From the NCBI GenBank assembly GCA_964342225.1, contig CAYFES010000002.1, positions 1 through 31,027 of the forward strand: a stretch of 31,027 nucleotides of DNA, written 5' to 3'. Positions 1-8,927 of this stretch are shown here, in pieces. The translations under genes and the position numbers were made by a program. Under the pieces are notes generated by a model. The model did no database searches and was not told where the DNA came from. It was given only the letters and a program-made list of their open reading frames with translations. Within the stretch, counting starts at the first letter, position 1. Each line of letters begins with the position of its first letter. The stretch is from an uncultured Gammaproteobacteria bacterium. GTDB taxonomy: Bacteria > Pseudomonadota > Gammaproteobacteria > Magnimaribacterales > TMED112.

Positions 1-143
1 ATATCTTGGAGTTTTAATTTTTTTTCTTCAAGAATATTGAGTACTGGCTTTGAATCTCCTGGATCAATAACTGTTATAGAGTCATCAATTTGAATTGCCC
101 AAATATAATTATCAGTAAATGCAGGTATATCAAAGATATTCAT
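1..143 (-). CDS. gloB: Hydroxyacylglutathione hydrolase (glyoxalase II), 5' part; runs off the window start
   Basis: Hand translation from ATG at 143: MNIFDIPAFTDNYIWAIQIDDSITVIDPGDSKPVLNILEEKKLKLQDI. It has the GloB N-terminal motifs IPAFxDNYIW and VIDPG and is divergent from rnhA-dnaQ, as in many Gammaproteobacteria. Not in the ORF track. Confidence 0.9.
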   Translation of the reverse strand, partial: MNIFDIPAFTDNYIWAIQIDDSITVIDPGDSKPVLNILEEKKLKLQD

Positions 144-148
144 TACTT

Positions 149-163
149 TATAATTAGATTATA
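149..163. promoter_or_regulatory. Back-to-back -10 boxes in the gloB/rnhA gap
   Basis: TATAAT at 149-154 (+) and ATTATA at 158-163 (TATAAT on -). The divergent start codons are only 19 bp apart. Confidence 0.55.
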
Positions 164-597
164 TGTCTATTAAAGTATATACAGATGGTGCTTGTAAAGG
201 TAACCCCGGACCAGGAGGTTGGGGAGCTTTAATTATAGATGGAGATTCTAGAAAAGAACTTTATGCTGGAAAATCTGATACCACAAATAATCAAATGGAG
301 ATGCAAGCAGCAATTGAAGCCTTAAAGTATTTAAACGGAACTTCAGAAACTATAGAGCTGTATACAGACTCTAAGTACTTAAGACAAGGCATTACCGAAT
401 GGATCGTTAATTGGAAATCAAACAATTGGAGAACAGCATCTAAAAAGCCTGTAGCTAACAGAGACCTTTGGATGGAAGTAGATGAACTATCAAACACTCT
501 GAATGTTGAGTGGCATTGGGTAAAAGGGCATGATGGGGATCCAGGCAATGAAAGAGCAGATTATTTGGCTAATTTAGGAGTAGATAGTGTCAGCTAG
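163..597 (+). CDS. rnhA: Ribonuclease HI
   Basis: YTDGACKGNPGPGGWG, TNNQMEM, TDSKY, WVKGH and GNERAD motifs. Confidence 0.98.
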   Translation: MSIKVYTDGACKGNPGPGGWGALIIDGDSRKELYAGKSDTTNNQMEMQAAIEALKYLNGTSETIELYTDSKYLRQGITEWIVNWKSNNWRTASKKPVANRDLWMEVDELSNTLNVEWHWVKGHDGDPGNERADYLANLGVDSVS

Positions 598-1285
598 ATT
601 AATTTGCTTTGATACTGAGACAACAGGACTTGATTTCTCAGCCGGTGATAGAGTCATTGAAATAGGCTGCGTTGAAATTTTAGGCAGAGAAAAGACAGGG
701 AATGAATTTCAGACTTATATAAACCCAGAAGGAAAAGAAATAAGCCAAGAGGCACAAGAAATAACTAACATTTCACCAGAACAACTTAATGAGGCTCCAA
801 AATTTAAAGATATCGCTGATAAATTTATCGATTTTGTAAAAGGTGCTGAATTAGTAATACATAATGCAGAGTTTGATGTAGGGTTTATCAACAATGAGTT
901 AAAGGTAATGAAACACCAAATTTCTGATATTAGAGATATATGTACTGTTTTTGATACTTTAGTTCATGCCAGAAAAGTATTTCCAGGGCAAAGAAATAGC
1001 CTAGACGCATTATCTAATAGATTAGGGATATCTGGTTACGATAGAACTCATCATGGAGCATTACTTGATGCTCAAATACTTGCAGATACATATTTAAACC
1101 TAACAGGGGGACAAGTAACCTTTGATTTAGCTGAGAATGCTCCTAATCAAAATACAAAAGAGGATGAATCTCAAGTAAATAATTTAGAGTTCATTAAATT
1201 TTCTAGCAATAACACAGATGAAACAGAACATAATAAATTTATAGAGATGATGGCACAAAGAAATGAAAAAGAGGCTAATAGATGA
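587..1285 (+). CDS. dnaQ: DNA polymerase III epsilon subunit
   Basis: DEDDh exonuclease motifs DTETTG, HNAEFD and HGALLDAQIL; follows rnhA. Confidence 0.96.
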   Translation: MSARLICFDTETTGLDFSAGDRVIEIGCVEILGREKTGNEFQTYINPEGKEISQEAQEITNISPEQLNEAPKFKDIADKFIDFVKGAELVIHNAEFDVGFINNELKVMKHQISDIRDICTVFDTLVHARKVFPGQRNSLDALSNRLGISGYDRTHHGALLDAQILADTYLNLTGGQVTFDLAENAPNQNTKEDESQVNNLEFIKFSSNNTDETEHNKFIEMMAQRNEKEANR

Positions 1286-2574
1286 CAAAAAAAATTGTTA
1301 CAAGATTCGCACCAAGTCCAACTGGCTATCTTCATATTGGTGGCGTTAGGACAGCACTTTTTAATTTTGTTTTTTCACGAAAAAATAATGGGACTTTCTT
1401 AGTTCGCATAGAAGATACTGATAAAGAACGATCTGAGGAACAATATATAACTGCAATCATCGATGGTTTAGATTGGGTTGGGCTTAACCCAGATCATGAA
1501 CCAATCAAACAAAGCGATAGGTTTGATATCTATAAAGAAGAAGCCTTCAGATTGGTGGAAGAGGGTAAGGCGTATAAAGATGATGGCGCAATAAGACTTA
1601 AGGTTAATAAAGAAGGCTCAACATTAGTTAAAGATTTAGTCTATGGAGATATTGAGTTTCTTAATAAAGAATTAGACGATTTAGTAATTCTAAGAAGTGA
1701 TAATTCACCAACTTACCATTTTTGTAATGTAATCGATGATAATTATCAGCAAGTGACACACATTATTAGAGGAGAGGATCATTTGCCCAACACCCCTAAA
1801 CAAATCCAAATTATTAATGCACTTGGCTATGATGGTTTTAAGTATGCTCATTTACCACTAGTGCTTGGAGAAGATAAAAAGAGATTGTCAAAAAGACATG
1901 CAGCTACAGATTTAATGTCTTATAAAGAAGAAGGGTATTTACCTGAAGCCGTTTTAAATATGCTGGCAAAATTAGGTTGGTCAAATACAGAAAAAGATAT
2001 ATTCACAACAGATGATCTAATTAAAATATTTGATGTTAGTGATATTCAAAGATCAGGAGCTGTATTCGATAAAGAGAGACTTAACTTTATCAATCAGAAC
2101 CATATGGCTATGAAAACTGATGATGAATTAATGGATTTACTTAAAATCTTTAATGAAAAAAATGGATTTTCATTATCTGACCATCATGACCCTAAAAGAT
2201 TAGTGAGGCTTTGCGTAGGAAGTGGCAATAATTTTTCAGAGATATCAAATTTTATAAAACCATTTGTAATTGATTTTGATGAATACGACAAAGCTGACTT
2301 TGACAAACATCTATTAGAGAGTGAGAGGGTCCTAAATTATTTTAAAGAATCAATTCATTCAATAAGTGATTGGAATGAAGCAATATTTGAGGAAATTATT
2401 AATTCCGCTATGAAAGATTTGGATCTGCCTATGCCTAAAATAGGTTTGCCTCTTAGAGTAGCTTTAGTGGGTAGGGCAAAATCTCCTCCTCTTAGCTCAA
2501 CTATATATTTAATTGAAAAAAATAAGACAATTGAGAGATTAGATAAAGCCTTAAAGGTTATTTCTGCACACTGA
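1282..2574 (+). CDS. gltX: Glutamate--tRNA ligase, short form lacking the Zn-binding insertion
   Basis: TRFAPSPTGYLHIGG (HIGH), RIEDTD, IRGEDH, RLSKR (KMSKS); C-terminal anticodon-binding region (LRVALVG) present. Confidence 0.95.
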   Translation: MTKKIVTRFAPSPTGYLHIGGVRTALFNFVFSRKNNGTFLVRIEDTDKERSEEQYITAIIDGLDWVGLNPDHEPIKQSDRFDIYKEEAFRLVEEGKAYKDDGAIRLKVNKEGSTLVKDLVYGDIEFLNKELDDLVILRSDNSPTYHFCNVIDDNYQQVTHIIRGEDHLPNTPKQIQIINALGYDGFKYAHLPLVLGEDKKRLSKRHAATDLMSYKEEGYLPEAVLNMLAKLGWSNTEKDIFTTDDLIKIFDVSDIQRSGAVFDKERLNFINQNHMAMKTDDELMDLLKIFNEKNGFSLSDHHDPKRLVRLCVGSGNNFSEISNFIKPFVIDFDEYDKADFDKHLLESERVLNYFKESIHSISDWNEAIFEEIINSAMKDLDLPMPKIGLPLRVALVGRAKSPPLSSTIYLIEKNKTIERLDKALKVISAH

Positions 2575-4258
2575 CTTTGGCGTCAGGTCTTCGTAAATCA
2601 GCAAAACCAAAATTTATTTCATCTTTAATATGGATGCTTTGAGTACTTCCCATAGTTTTTGATTCTTTTGGTTTGTGCCCATAGCCCTCGAGCATTCTTT
2701 TAGTATCATTATTTAGTGTTTTTTCAACTTGAAGGCTGTAGTAAGGCCAATCTTGATGAATTCTAGGCATCATCGTTGCTAGACCTATATCAAGATCAAA
2801 ATCAATTACATTTATTAAGACTTGTAGATTAATCGCCGGTATTTTAGAGCCTCCAGGAGACCCTGTAATAAGCTCTAAGCTTCCATTTTCATCAAAAACC
2901 ATTACAGGACTCATTGTACTCATAGGCCGTTTAAAAGGTTCAAGTTTGTTAGCTTCTGATGTGCTTCTACTAATTGATTTTTCTAAACCATAATTACTAG
3001 CAAAATTATTCATTTGGCTATTTGTAAGAATGCCTGTTCCTGGAATTGTTACTCCAGAACCAAATGAGTAACCCAATGTATAAGTAACTGAAACAGCATT
3101 TCCGCTATCATCCACTATTGAATAATGAGTGGTATCTTCTGATTCTTTGTATTTAGATTCAATTGATCTTGTAACTCTATTTATTCGATCTGAAGAAGTC
3201 GTTTTTTTGAAGTCAATTTCTTTTGCTCTGCGATTGCCATTAGCATCTGACAGCATATCTTCTAAAGGCGCAGAATAAAATTTAGGATCTCCAATAAATT
3301 TAGATCTATTTTGATGGCCATGCTTTAATGATTCAGCAAGAATATGTAAGTATTGCGCACTATTTGGTTTTAAATTGCTGTAATCAAAGTTCTTCAATAT
3401 TTGTAAGGCAGTTAGAATGACAACTCCACCACCACTTGGAGGGCCTTGAGCAAAAATAGATTTATTTCTATATTCAATTGAAATTGGCTGAGCAATATTT
3501 GTTTTATATTTCTTTAAGTCACTCTTCCTTATTAGCCCACCATTTTCTATCATGGCTTTTTCAATTTTTTCTGCAATTTCACCATCATAAAAACCAGCTT
3601 TACCTTCATCTCGTATCTTTATTAAAGTCTCAGCAAGATCCAATAATTTAATTTTCCCTCCAACTTCTAGACTCTCATCTAAATAAACTTTTGTTGATTC
3701 TTCATCTCTTGTTAGAGTCTTTGTATTTTGTATGGCACCATAAAGATCGCTCGTAAGCGGTATACCTTGAATGCAAAGATCAATAGTGGGTTGAATTAAT
3801 TCTTTCATGCTTATAGAGCCATATAGTTCATGGGCTGTAAAAAGACCATCAACAGTACCAGGAACAGCAATTGCTTTGTAACCAGATCTAGATAGTGAGC
3901 TCTGATGCTCACCATTTTTTCTGTATACATCAGGTGTAGCAAGTTCAGGAGACATAGATCTGAAGTCTAAACTAACAATGGTTTTATTTTTTGCATCATA
4001 AATGAGCATAAAACCGCCACCACCTATATTTCCAGCTCTTGGTAGTGTTGCTGTTAATGCAAAACCTACTGCAACGGCTGCATCTACAGCATTCCCTCCT
4101 TTTGACAGTATTTCTGCGCCTATATCAGAAGCAATATAGTTCTGACTTACAACCATACCTTTATCAGACACTGTTGGATGGAAAGGATGAGAATATTCAA
4201 GATATTCTTGTGACCTAATAAATAGCGATAAAAGTAGTAATAGAGATAAACGTAACAT
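2558..4258 (-). CDS. ggt: Secreted gamma-glutamyltransferase-family Ntn hydrolase with a non-canonical (acylase-like) substrate pocket
   Basis: GGNAVDAAVA, GNIGGGGF, DFR, catalytic TTHYS (Thr376) and GSPGG; N-terminal hydrophobic signal-like segment. The pocket reads TLGYSFG and QMNNF instead of TLNxxFG and QMDDF. Confidence 0.9.
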   Translation of the reverse strand: MLRLSLLLLLSLFIRSQEYLEYSHPFHPTVSDKGMVVSQNYIASDIGAEILSKGGNAVDAAVAVGFALTATLPRAGNIGGGGFMLIYDAKNKTIVSLDFRSMSPELATPDVYRKNGEHQSSLSRSGYKAIAVPGTVDGLFTAHELYGSISMKELIQPTIDLCIQGIPLTSDLYGAIQNTKTLTRDEESTKVYLDESLEVGGKIKLLDLAETLIKIRDEGKAGFYDGEIAEKIEKAMIENGGLIRKSDLKKYKTNIAQPISIEYRNKSIFAQGPPSGGGVVILTALQILKNFDYSNLKPNSAQYLHILAESLKHGHQNRSKFIGDPKFYSAPLEDMLSDANGNRRAKEIDFKKTTSSDRINRVTRSIESKYKESEDTTHYSIVDDSGNAVSVTYTLGYSFGSGVTIPGTGILTNSQMNNFASNYGLEKSISRSTSEANKLEPFKRPMSTMSPVMVFDENGSLELITGSPGGSKIPAINLQVLINVIDFDLDIGLATMMPRIHQDWPYYSLQVEKTLNNDTKRMLEGYGHKPKESKTMGSTQSIHIKDEINFGFADLRRPDAKVSVQK

Positions 4259-5730
4259 CAGAATATTAATGGAAGCATATAAATACAGAATACCGTAACA
4301 ATTATGATTCCTGCAATATTGAAATAAAGACCAGCCCTCATCATTTGCCCAATGCTAAATTTCTCTGAACCATAAACTATTGCATTGGGAGGTGTGGCAA
4401 CTGGCAACATAAAAGCACAGCTTGAAGCCAAAGCTACTGGAATCGCAAGTTGTGCAATAAGGCTTAAATCTTTTGAACCATCTGGCATTAAGTTTTGTTC
4501 TGAGACTGCTAGAAGGATCATTATTGGTACAAAGGTAGCTGTTGTAGCTTGATTGCTTGTAAGTTCAGTAAGAAAAACAATTAAAACAACAATTAATAAA
4601 ATTAATAATGCTGCATTTAAAGCAGGGATAGAATCTCCTATCCATGCTCCTAAGCCTGAACCCATTATGGCATTGGCCATTGATAAGCCACCACCAAATA
4701 GAATTAATATGCCCCATGGTAATTTCGTTGTTGCACTCCACTCTATTAATCCCGAACCCTTACTAGATCGAGTTATAAAAACAGCTAAAGCAGCAATAAT
4801 GGCTATACCATAATCAGTTAACCCACTTAAGAAAGATAGATTGTCTAGTAGATCTCTAGTCATCCAAGCAAGAGCTGTAAAACAGAATATAACTAAAACT
4901 CTTCTTTCATCTACACTTATTTTGCCTAAATCTTCATACATTTTTTGTAGGGATTTTTTTGTTTCTTGAGTGCCACTGATATGCACTGGAAAAATTATAT
5001 GAGTCAGTAACCACCAACCTACTAATAGCATAATTGCTGATATTGGTGTCGCTAAAAGCATCCAATTATTAAAAGACACTTCTAATCCTTGTTCTTGTAT
5101 GAGGCTTATGACCACAATATTTGGTCCTGTACCAATAGGAGTTGCCATTCCTCCAATTGTTGCAGCATAAGCAATTCCTAATAACAGAGCAGTTTGAAAA
5201 TTAGAAAAATCTTTATCCAAAGAAGTTGTTTTCTGTACCACGCCTGCAATAGCTAAACCTATAGGCAATAACATTAAAGTTGTTGAAGTATTCATAATCC
5301 ACATACTAATCAAAGCACTTACAAGCATAAAACCACCTATTAAGTATTTCGCATCTGTACCAATAGATAAGAGCATCTTCAAAGCAATTCTTTTATGTAG
5401 GTTTACCTTTTCTATAGCTAAAGCCAAAATAAAACCACCTAAAAATAAAAATACATTGGGATGAGCATATGGAGCCGCAACTTCTGTAAATGCTTTTTTA
5501 GCTGGGTAATCATAGATACCAAGCAATGGAAATAGTGCTAAAGGAATTAAGGCAGTAGCTGGAAGTGGTATTGCTTCAGTTGCCCACCAACAAGCCATCA
5601 AAAGAACTACACCTGCAACATGCCAAGCCTCACTTGATAGACCACCAGGAGGTGAAGTCAGTAGCGTAAAGAAAAAAAGAATTAATCCAGAAGCAAAACC
5701 TATAAATTTTGGACTAGAAATATTGCTCAT
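4258..5730 (-). CDS. SLC13/DASS family Na+/dicarboxylate (or other anion) symporter
   Basis: WWATEAIPLPATAL, FLFLGGF, GGMATPIGTGPN, LPWGILILFGGGLS and AFMLPVATPPNAI; many TM segments; stop overlaps the GGT start (TGATG). Confidence 0.92.
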   Translation of the reverse strand: MSNISSPKFIGFASGLILFFFTLLTSPPGGLSSEAWHVAGVVLLMACWWATEAIPLPATALIPLALFPLLGIYDYPAKKAFTEVAAPYAHPNVFLFLGGFILALAIEKVNLHKRIALKMLLSIGTDAKYLIGGFMLVSALISMWIMNTSTTLMLLPIGLAIAGVVQKTTSLDKDFSNFQTALLLGIAYAATIGGMATPIGTGPNIVVISLIQEQGLEVSFNNWMLLATPISAIMLLVGWWLLTHIIFPVHISGTQETKKSLQKMYEDLGKISVDERRVLVIFCFTALAWMTRDLLDNLSFLSGLTDYGIAIIAALAVFITRSSKGSGLIEWSATTKLPWGILILFGGGLSMANAIMGSGLGAWIGDSIPALNAALLILLIVVLIVFLTELTSNQATTATFVPIMILLAVSEQNLMPDGSKDLSLIAQLAIPVALASSCAFMLPVATPPNAIVYGSEKFSIGQMMRAGLYFNIAGIIIVTVFCIYMLPLIF

Positions 5731-5762
5731 AAAAAAAGGAGGCGCGAAATTAATCGCGCCTC
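5731..5762 (-). terminator. Intrinsic terminator after the TonB receptor gene
   Basis: Perfect 9-bp stem GAGGCGCGA/TCGCGCCTC (5739-5747 with 5754-5762) and 6-nt loop, followed on the minus strand by C and T7 that abut the SLC13 ATG. Confidence 0.85.
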
Positions 5763-5778
5763 AAACAAAAAACAAGAT

Positions 5779-8739
5779 TTAGTATGTAAATCTTAAATCG
5801 ACGTAGAAGTTTCTTCTTAAATTATTATCTAAATCTTCAAAGTAACCCATTCTAGAAGAAGCTAATGGAGCTCTTTCGTCTTCTAGGTTGTTTACGCCCA
5901 TTCTTATTCTTAGATCACTTTCAGCAAAATTTGTGTAGTAATCTGTATACAAGTTCATTGTCTTATGCGGTGCTACGCCCCACATTGCGCCTGCAGATGA
6001 AAGAGTTCTATCTTCCCAAACAGTACTTCTAGCATTCTGATTCCATCCAACAGCCCAATCGCCACGTCTGAATCTAAGAGAAGTATAAGTTTTTCTCTTA
6101 GGCGCACCGTTTATAGCAAGAAGGTTTCCATAACCATCTATTGCTGTGAGTGGAACAGTTCCTGCATCCATAGCATCATCTATTTGTTGCAGTTCAGCAC
6201 CATAGCCTTGTGATTTATCAGTAAGCATTGAGATCTGATGCTTGAATGACCATGTACCATTAAATGGCCACATTGATTCCCAATCAAAATATACACCTGC
6301 ATCCCATCCTTCTACTGTTCTAGCAGCTAAGTTGGCGTATTTATCTTCAACTCTTTCTGCTAAACCAAATGGACAAATACCAGCATCTAAGAAAGTTTGA
6401 GGGTTGTCTGGTGCTTGTCTTACTACAGCTGGGTTACCAACTACAGCAGCACAATTTGAAAGATCATTTTGTTGCAACCTTAATAGAAGGTCATACAACA
6501 TATGGTTCTCTTCACCAAATAATCCAATTGTATTTTCTGATTCAATAGTCCACATGTCATAAGTCAATGTTAGATTATCAAATTCTAGAACTATTCCCAT
6601 TGTAGTATTTTCTGATTCTTCAGCTTTAAGCAGGTTACTACCTGTAGCAGCTCTTTGGACAGAATATCTACCATCAGAATCATCAGTGTCAGCACCAAGA
6701 GCGATTGCGTACTTAGTAGCAGCATCATTTCTGGTATTGTTTCTGACAACTAGACTCTCGTTGATTGTAATTAAGTTAGGAGCTCTAAAGGTATCTTGTG
6801 ATGACCCTCTGAATTTTAGCCAATCAGCTACTCTCCAACCAAAAGCTAATCTTGGAACTTCTGTACCTTCAAAGTCTGAATATGCTTCAGCTCTATAAGC
6901 AACCTGTAAATCAAGTTGTTGAACGAAAGGAACGTTTTGTTCAGGACTTACAACAGGAACATCTAATTCTAAATAGTAAGAGTTAACTGTTCTGTTACCA
7001 CTGCCATCAGGTGTTGGGCTACTGTTAACAACATCTGAAACATAAGGGTATGTATCTCCTGGACTTGTTGAAAGACTACCGCTAGTTTTTCTTTCAGTAA
7101 AGACAATAGTTCCATCAAGTCTTGGGTCTCTGTCGTCCTTGAAGGAATCACTTCTAAACTCATAACCAACAGCGACACCTATCCAACCTGCTTTAGTTTC
7201 CCAAACATTAGGATTTGAAAATCTCATATCAAAAGTTGTCATAGTTCTTTCGTTGTTTCTAAATACGTCTACAACTGCAGGTCCTATTCCGCCTGGAGTT
7301 AAGTCCACAGGGTTATGTGATACTCTCGGACTAATATATACACCACCACCATTGAAGGGGTTATAAGCGTTTGGTCCAGTGGCTTGTAATAGTTGGTCCA
7401 TTAGAGTATTTGAAACTCTATTGTGAGTAACATCTTCGGCTTCAGCAGTTGAATATGATATTGCTGATTCCCAATCCCATCCTGTGTCAGTAACACCTCT
7501 AAGACCCATTAACATTCTATTGGTCTCTTTATCGTTATCGACAATTCTTGGTCCAGCATCAACAAATCTATAGTTATCCATTAATAATGCTTTACCAGTA
7601 AAGTTATAAGGGTTCGTTGCAGGAACTACGTGTTTTACAGAAGAGAAAGATGAAGAGGAGTGTCTATTACCATTGTATTCACTTCTATACTGACCAAATT
7701 CTGCAAATGCTTCACGTCCATCACCTAAGTCATGGTTAATGAAAATGAAAGTATTATGTCTTTGGACATCACCAAGAACATCTCTTTGTCCGTTCCAGTT
7801 ATGGATAAGGTTTCCTGCTGTATCTTTAGCAGCACAAACTCCATTACCTAAATTTAATACACAATCAGGGTCTCCAGCAGGGTAAATTAAGAACTCACCT
7901 GAACTATCTGTATAAGCAGCAGTACCACTCATATCAAATTGTCCCCATGCTGAGTTAGATGAACATCTATAGAAAGCACTATTAAACTGATCTGGAACTA
8001 GATCGTCATAGTCACATCTACCCATGATTTCATCTTCAGCAGCTGCAACTCTGTCTCTGTCATAAAAACTAAAAAACATTGAAATATTAGTTTTTCCACC
8101 ATTAAAGTCTTGACCCCATTTCATTGAGAATTTATGGTCATCACGATTAAAGTGTTGCCAATTCTGGAATCTTCCTCTCATCTCGAAACCAACAAAATCT
8201 GTTTCAAGAACATTGTTTACAACACCAGCAACAGCATCGGAACCATAAACAGCTCCTGCACCATCTCTAAGTATTTCAACTCTATCCACTAGAGATACTG
8301 GTATATTGTTTGAATTAACTGTGGCGACTGGAACATAACTTCCACCTACTTCTTCCGTCTGGTAAGAAGGTGTAGAGATCATTCTTCTACCATTCAATAG
8401 GACAAGTGTATTACCTGTACCTAAAGATCTGATATCAAAAGCTCCTACGTCACCTCTTGAAGCGTTAACACCTCCGCCGTTTGAACCGACGTCGTTAAAC
8501 TGGTTAACACCTTGTTCTGTAATAGTTGCTAAAAGCTCATCACCAGAGTTGACACCTCTATCATCGATATCATCTTTAGTAATAACCGTAACCGGTAAAG
8601 CTTCATTAATTCTGGCGCCTTTAATTTGCGTACCAGTAACAACCACTTCTTCTACATCATTACCGTCGTCTGTTTCCTGTGCATTCACTGAAAAAACGAC
8701 AGCACACATTAATAAAATTAAATATTTAATCTTGGTCAT
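5779..8739 (-). CDS. TonB-dependent receptor (986 aa)
   Basis: Signal peptide, TonB box EEVVVTG, plug motifs TLVLLNGRR and DRVEILRDGAGAVYGSDAVAGVVN, C-terminal beta-strand ending in an aromatic residue (DLRFTY); SD-like GAGGGGGG upstream. Confidence 0.95.
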   Translation of the reverse strand: MTKIKYLILLMCAVVFSVNAQETDDGNDVEEVVVTGTQIKGARINEALPVTVITKDDIDDRGVNSGDELLATITEQGVNQFNDVGSNGGGVNASRGDVGAFDIRSLGTGNTLVLLNGRRMISTPSYQTEEVGGSYVPVATVNSNNIPVSLVDRVEILRDGAGAVYGSDAVAGVVNNVLETDFVGFEMRGRFQNWQHFNRDDHKFSMKWGQDFNGGKTNISMFFSFYDRDRVAAAEDEIMGRCDYDDLVPDQFNSAFYRCSSNSAWGQFDMSGTAAYTDSSGEFLIYPAGDPDCVLNLGNGVCAAKDTAGNLIHNWNGQRDVLGDVQRHNTFIFINHDLGDGREAFAEFGQYRSEYNGNRHSSSSFSSVKHVVPATNPYNFTGKALLMDNYRFVDAGPRIVDNDKETNRMLMGLRGVTDTGWDWESAISYSTAEAEDVTHNRVSNTLMDQLLQATGPNAYNPFNGGGVYISPRVSHNPVDLTPGGIGPAVVDVFRNNERTMTTFDMRFSNPNVWETKAGWIGVAVGYEFRSDSFKDDRDPRLDGTIVFTERKTSGSLSTSPGDTYPYVSDVVNSSPTPDGSGNRTVNSYYLELDVPVVSPEQNVPFVQQLDLQVAYRAEAYSDFEGTEVPRLAFGWRVADWLKFRGSSQDTFRAPNLITINESLVVRNNTRNDAATKYAIALGADTDDSDGRYSVQRAATGSNLLKAEESENTTMGIVLEFDNLTLTYDMWTIESENTIGLFGEENHMLYDLLLRLQQNDLSNCAAVVGNPAVVRQAPDNPQTFLDAGICPFGLAERVEDKYANLAARTVEGWDAGVYFDWESMWPFNGTWSFKHQISMLTDKSQGYGAELQQIDDAMDAGTVPLTAIDGYGNLLAINGAPKRKTYTSLRFRRGDWAVGWNQNARSTVWEDRTLSSAGAMWGVAPHKTMNLYTDYYTNFAESDLRIRMGVNNLEDERAPLASSRMGYFEDLDNNLRRNFYVDLRFTY

Positions 8740-8835
8740 ATTGAGACCCCCCTCATTATTAGTTTATTTAACTAGAAAACATTGTATTTTTCAAGTTTTA
8801 AAACACATTGAATTAATTTAAAATAAAGGGTTTTT

Positions 8836-8911
8836 GGGGCCATAGCTCAGCTGGGAGAGCGCAACGCTGGCAGTGTTGAGGTCAGGGGTTCGATCCCCCT
8901 TGGCTCCACCA
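8836..8911 (+). tRNA. tRNA-Ala (GGC)
   Basis: GGGGCCA/TGGCTCC acceptor with G3:U70, anticodon arm CAACG-CTGGCAG-TGTTG, TTCGATC T-loop, encoded CCA. Confidence 0.97.
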
Positions 8912-8927
8912 TTTAAAAAAAGGAATT

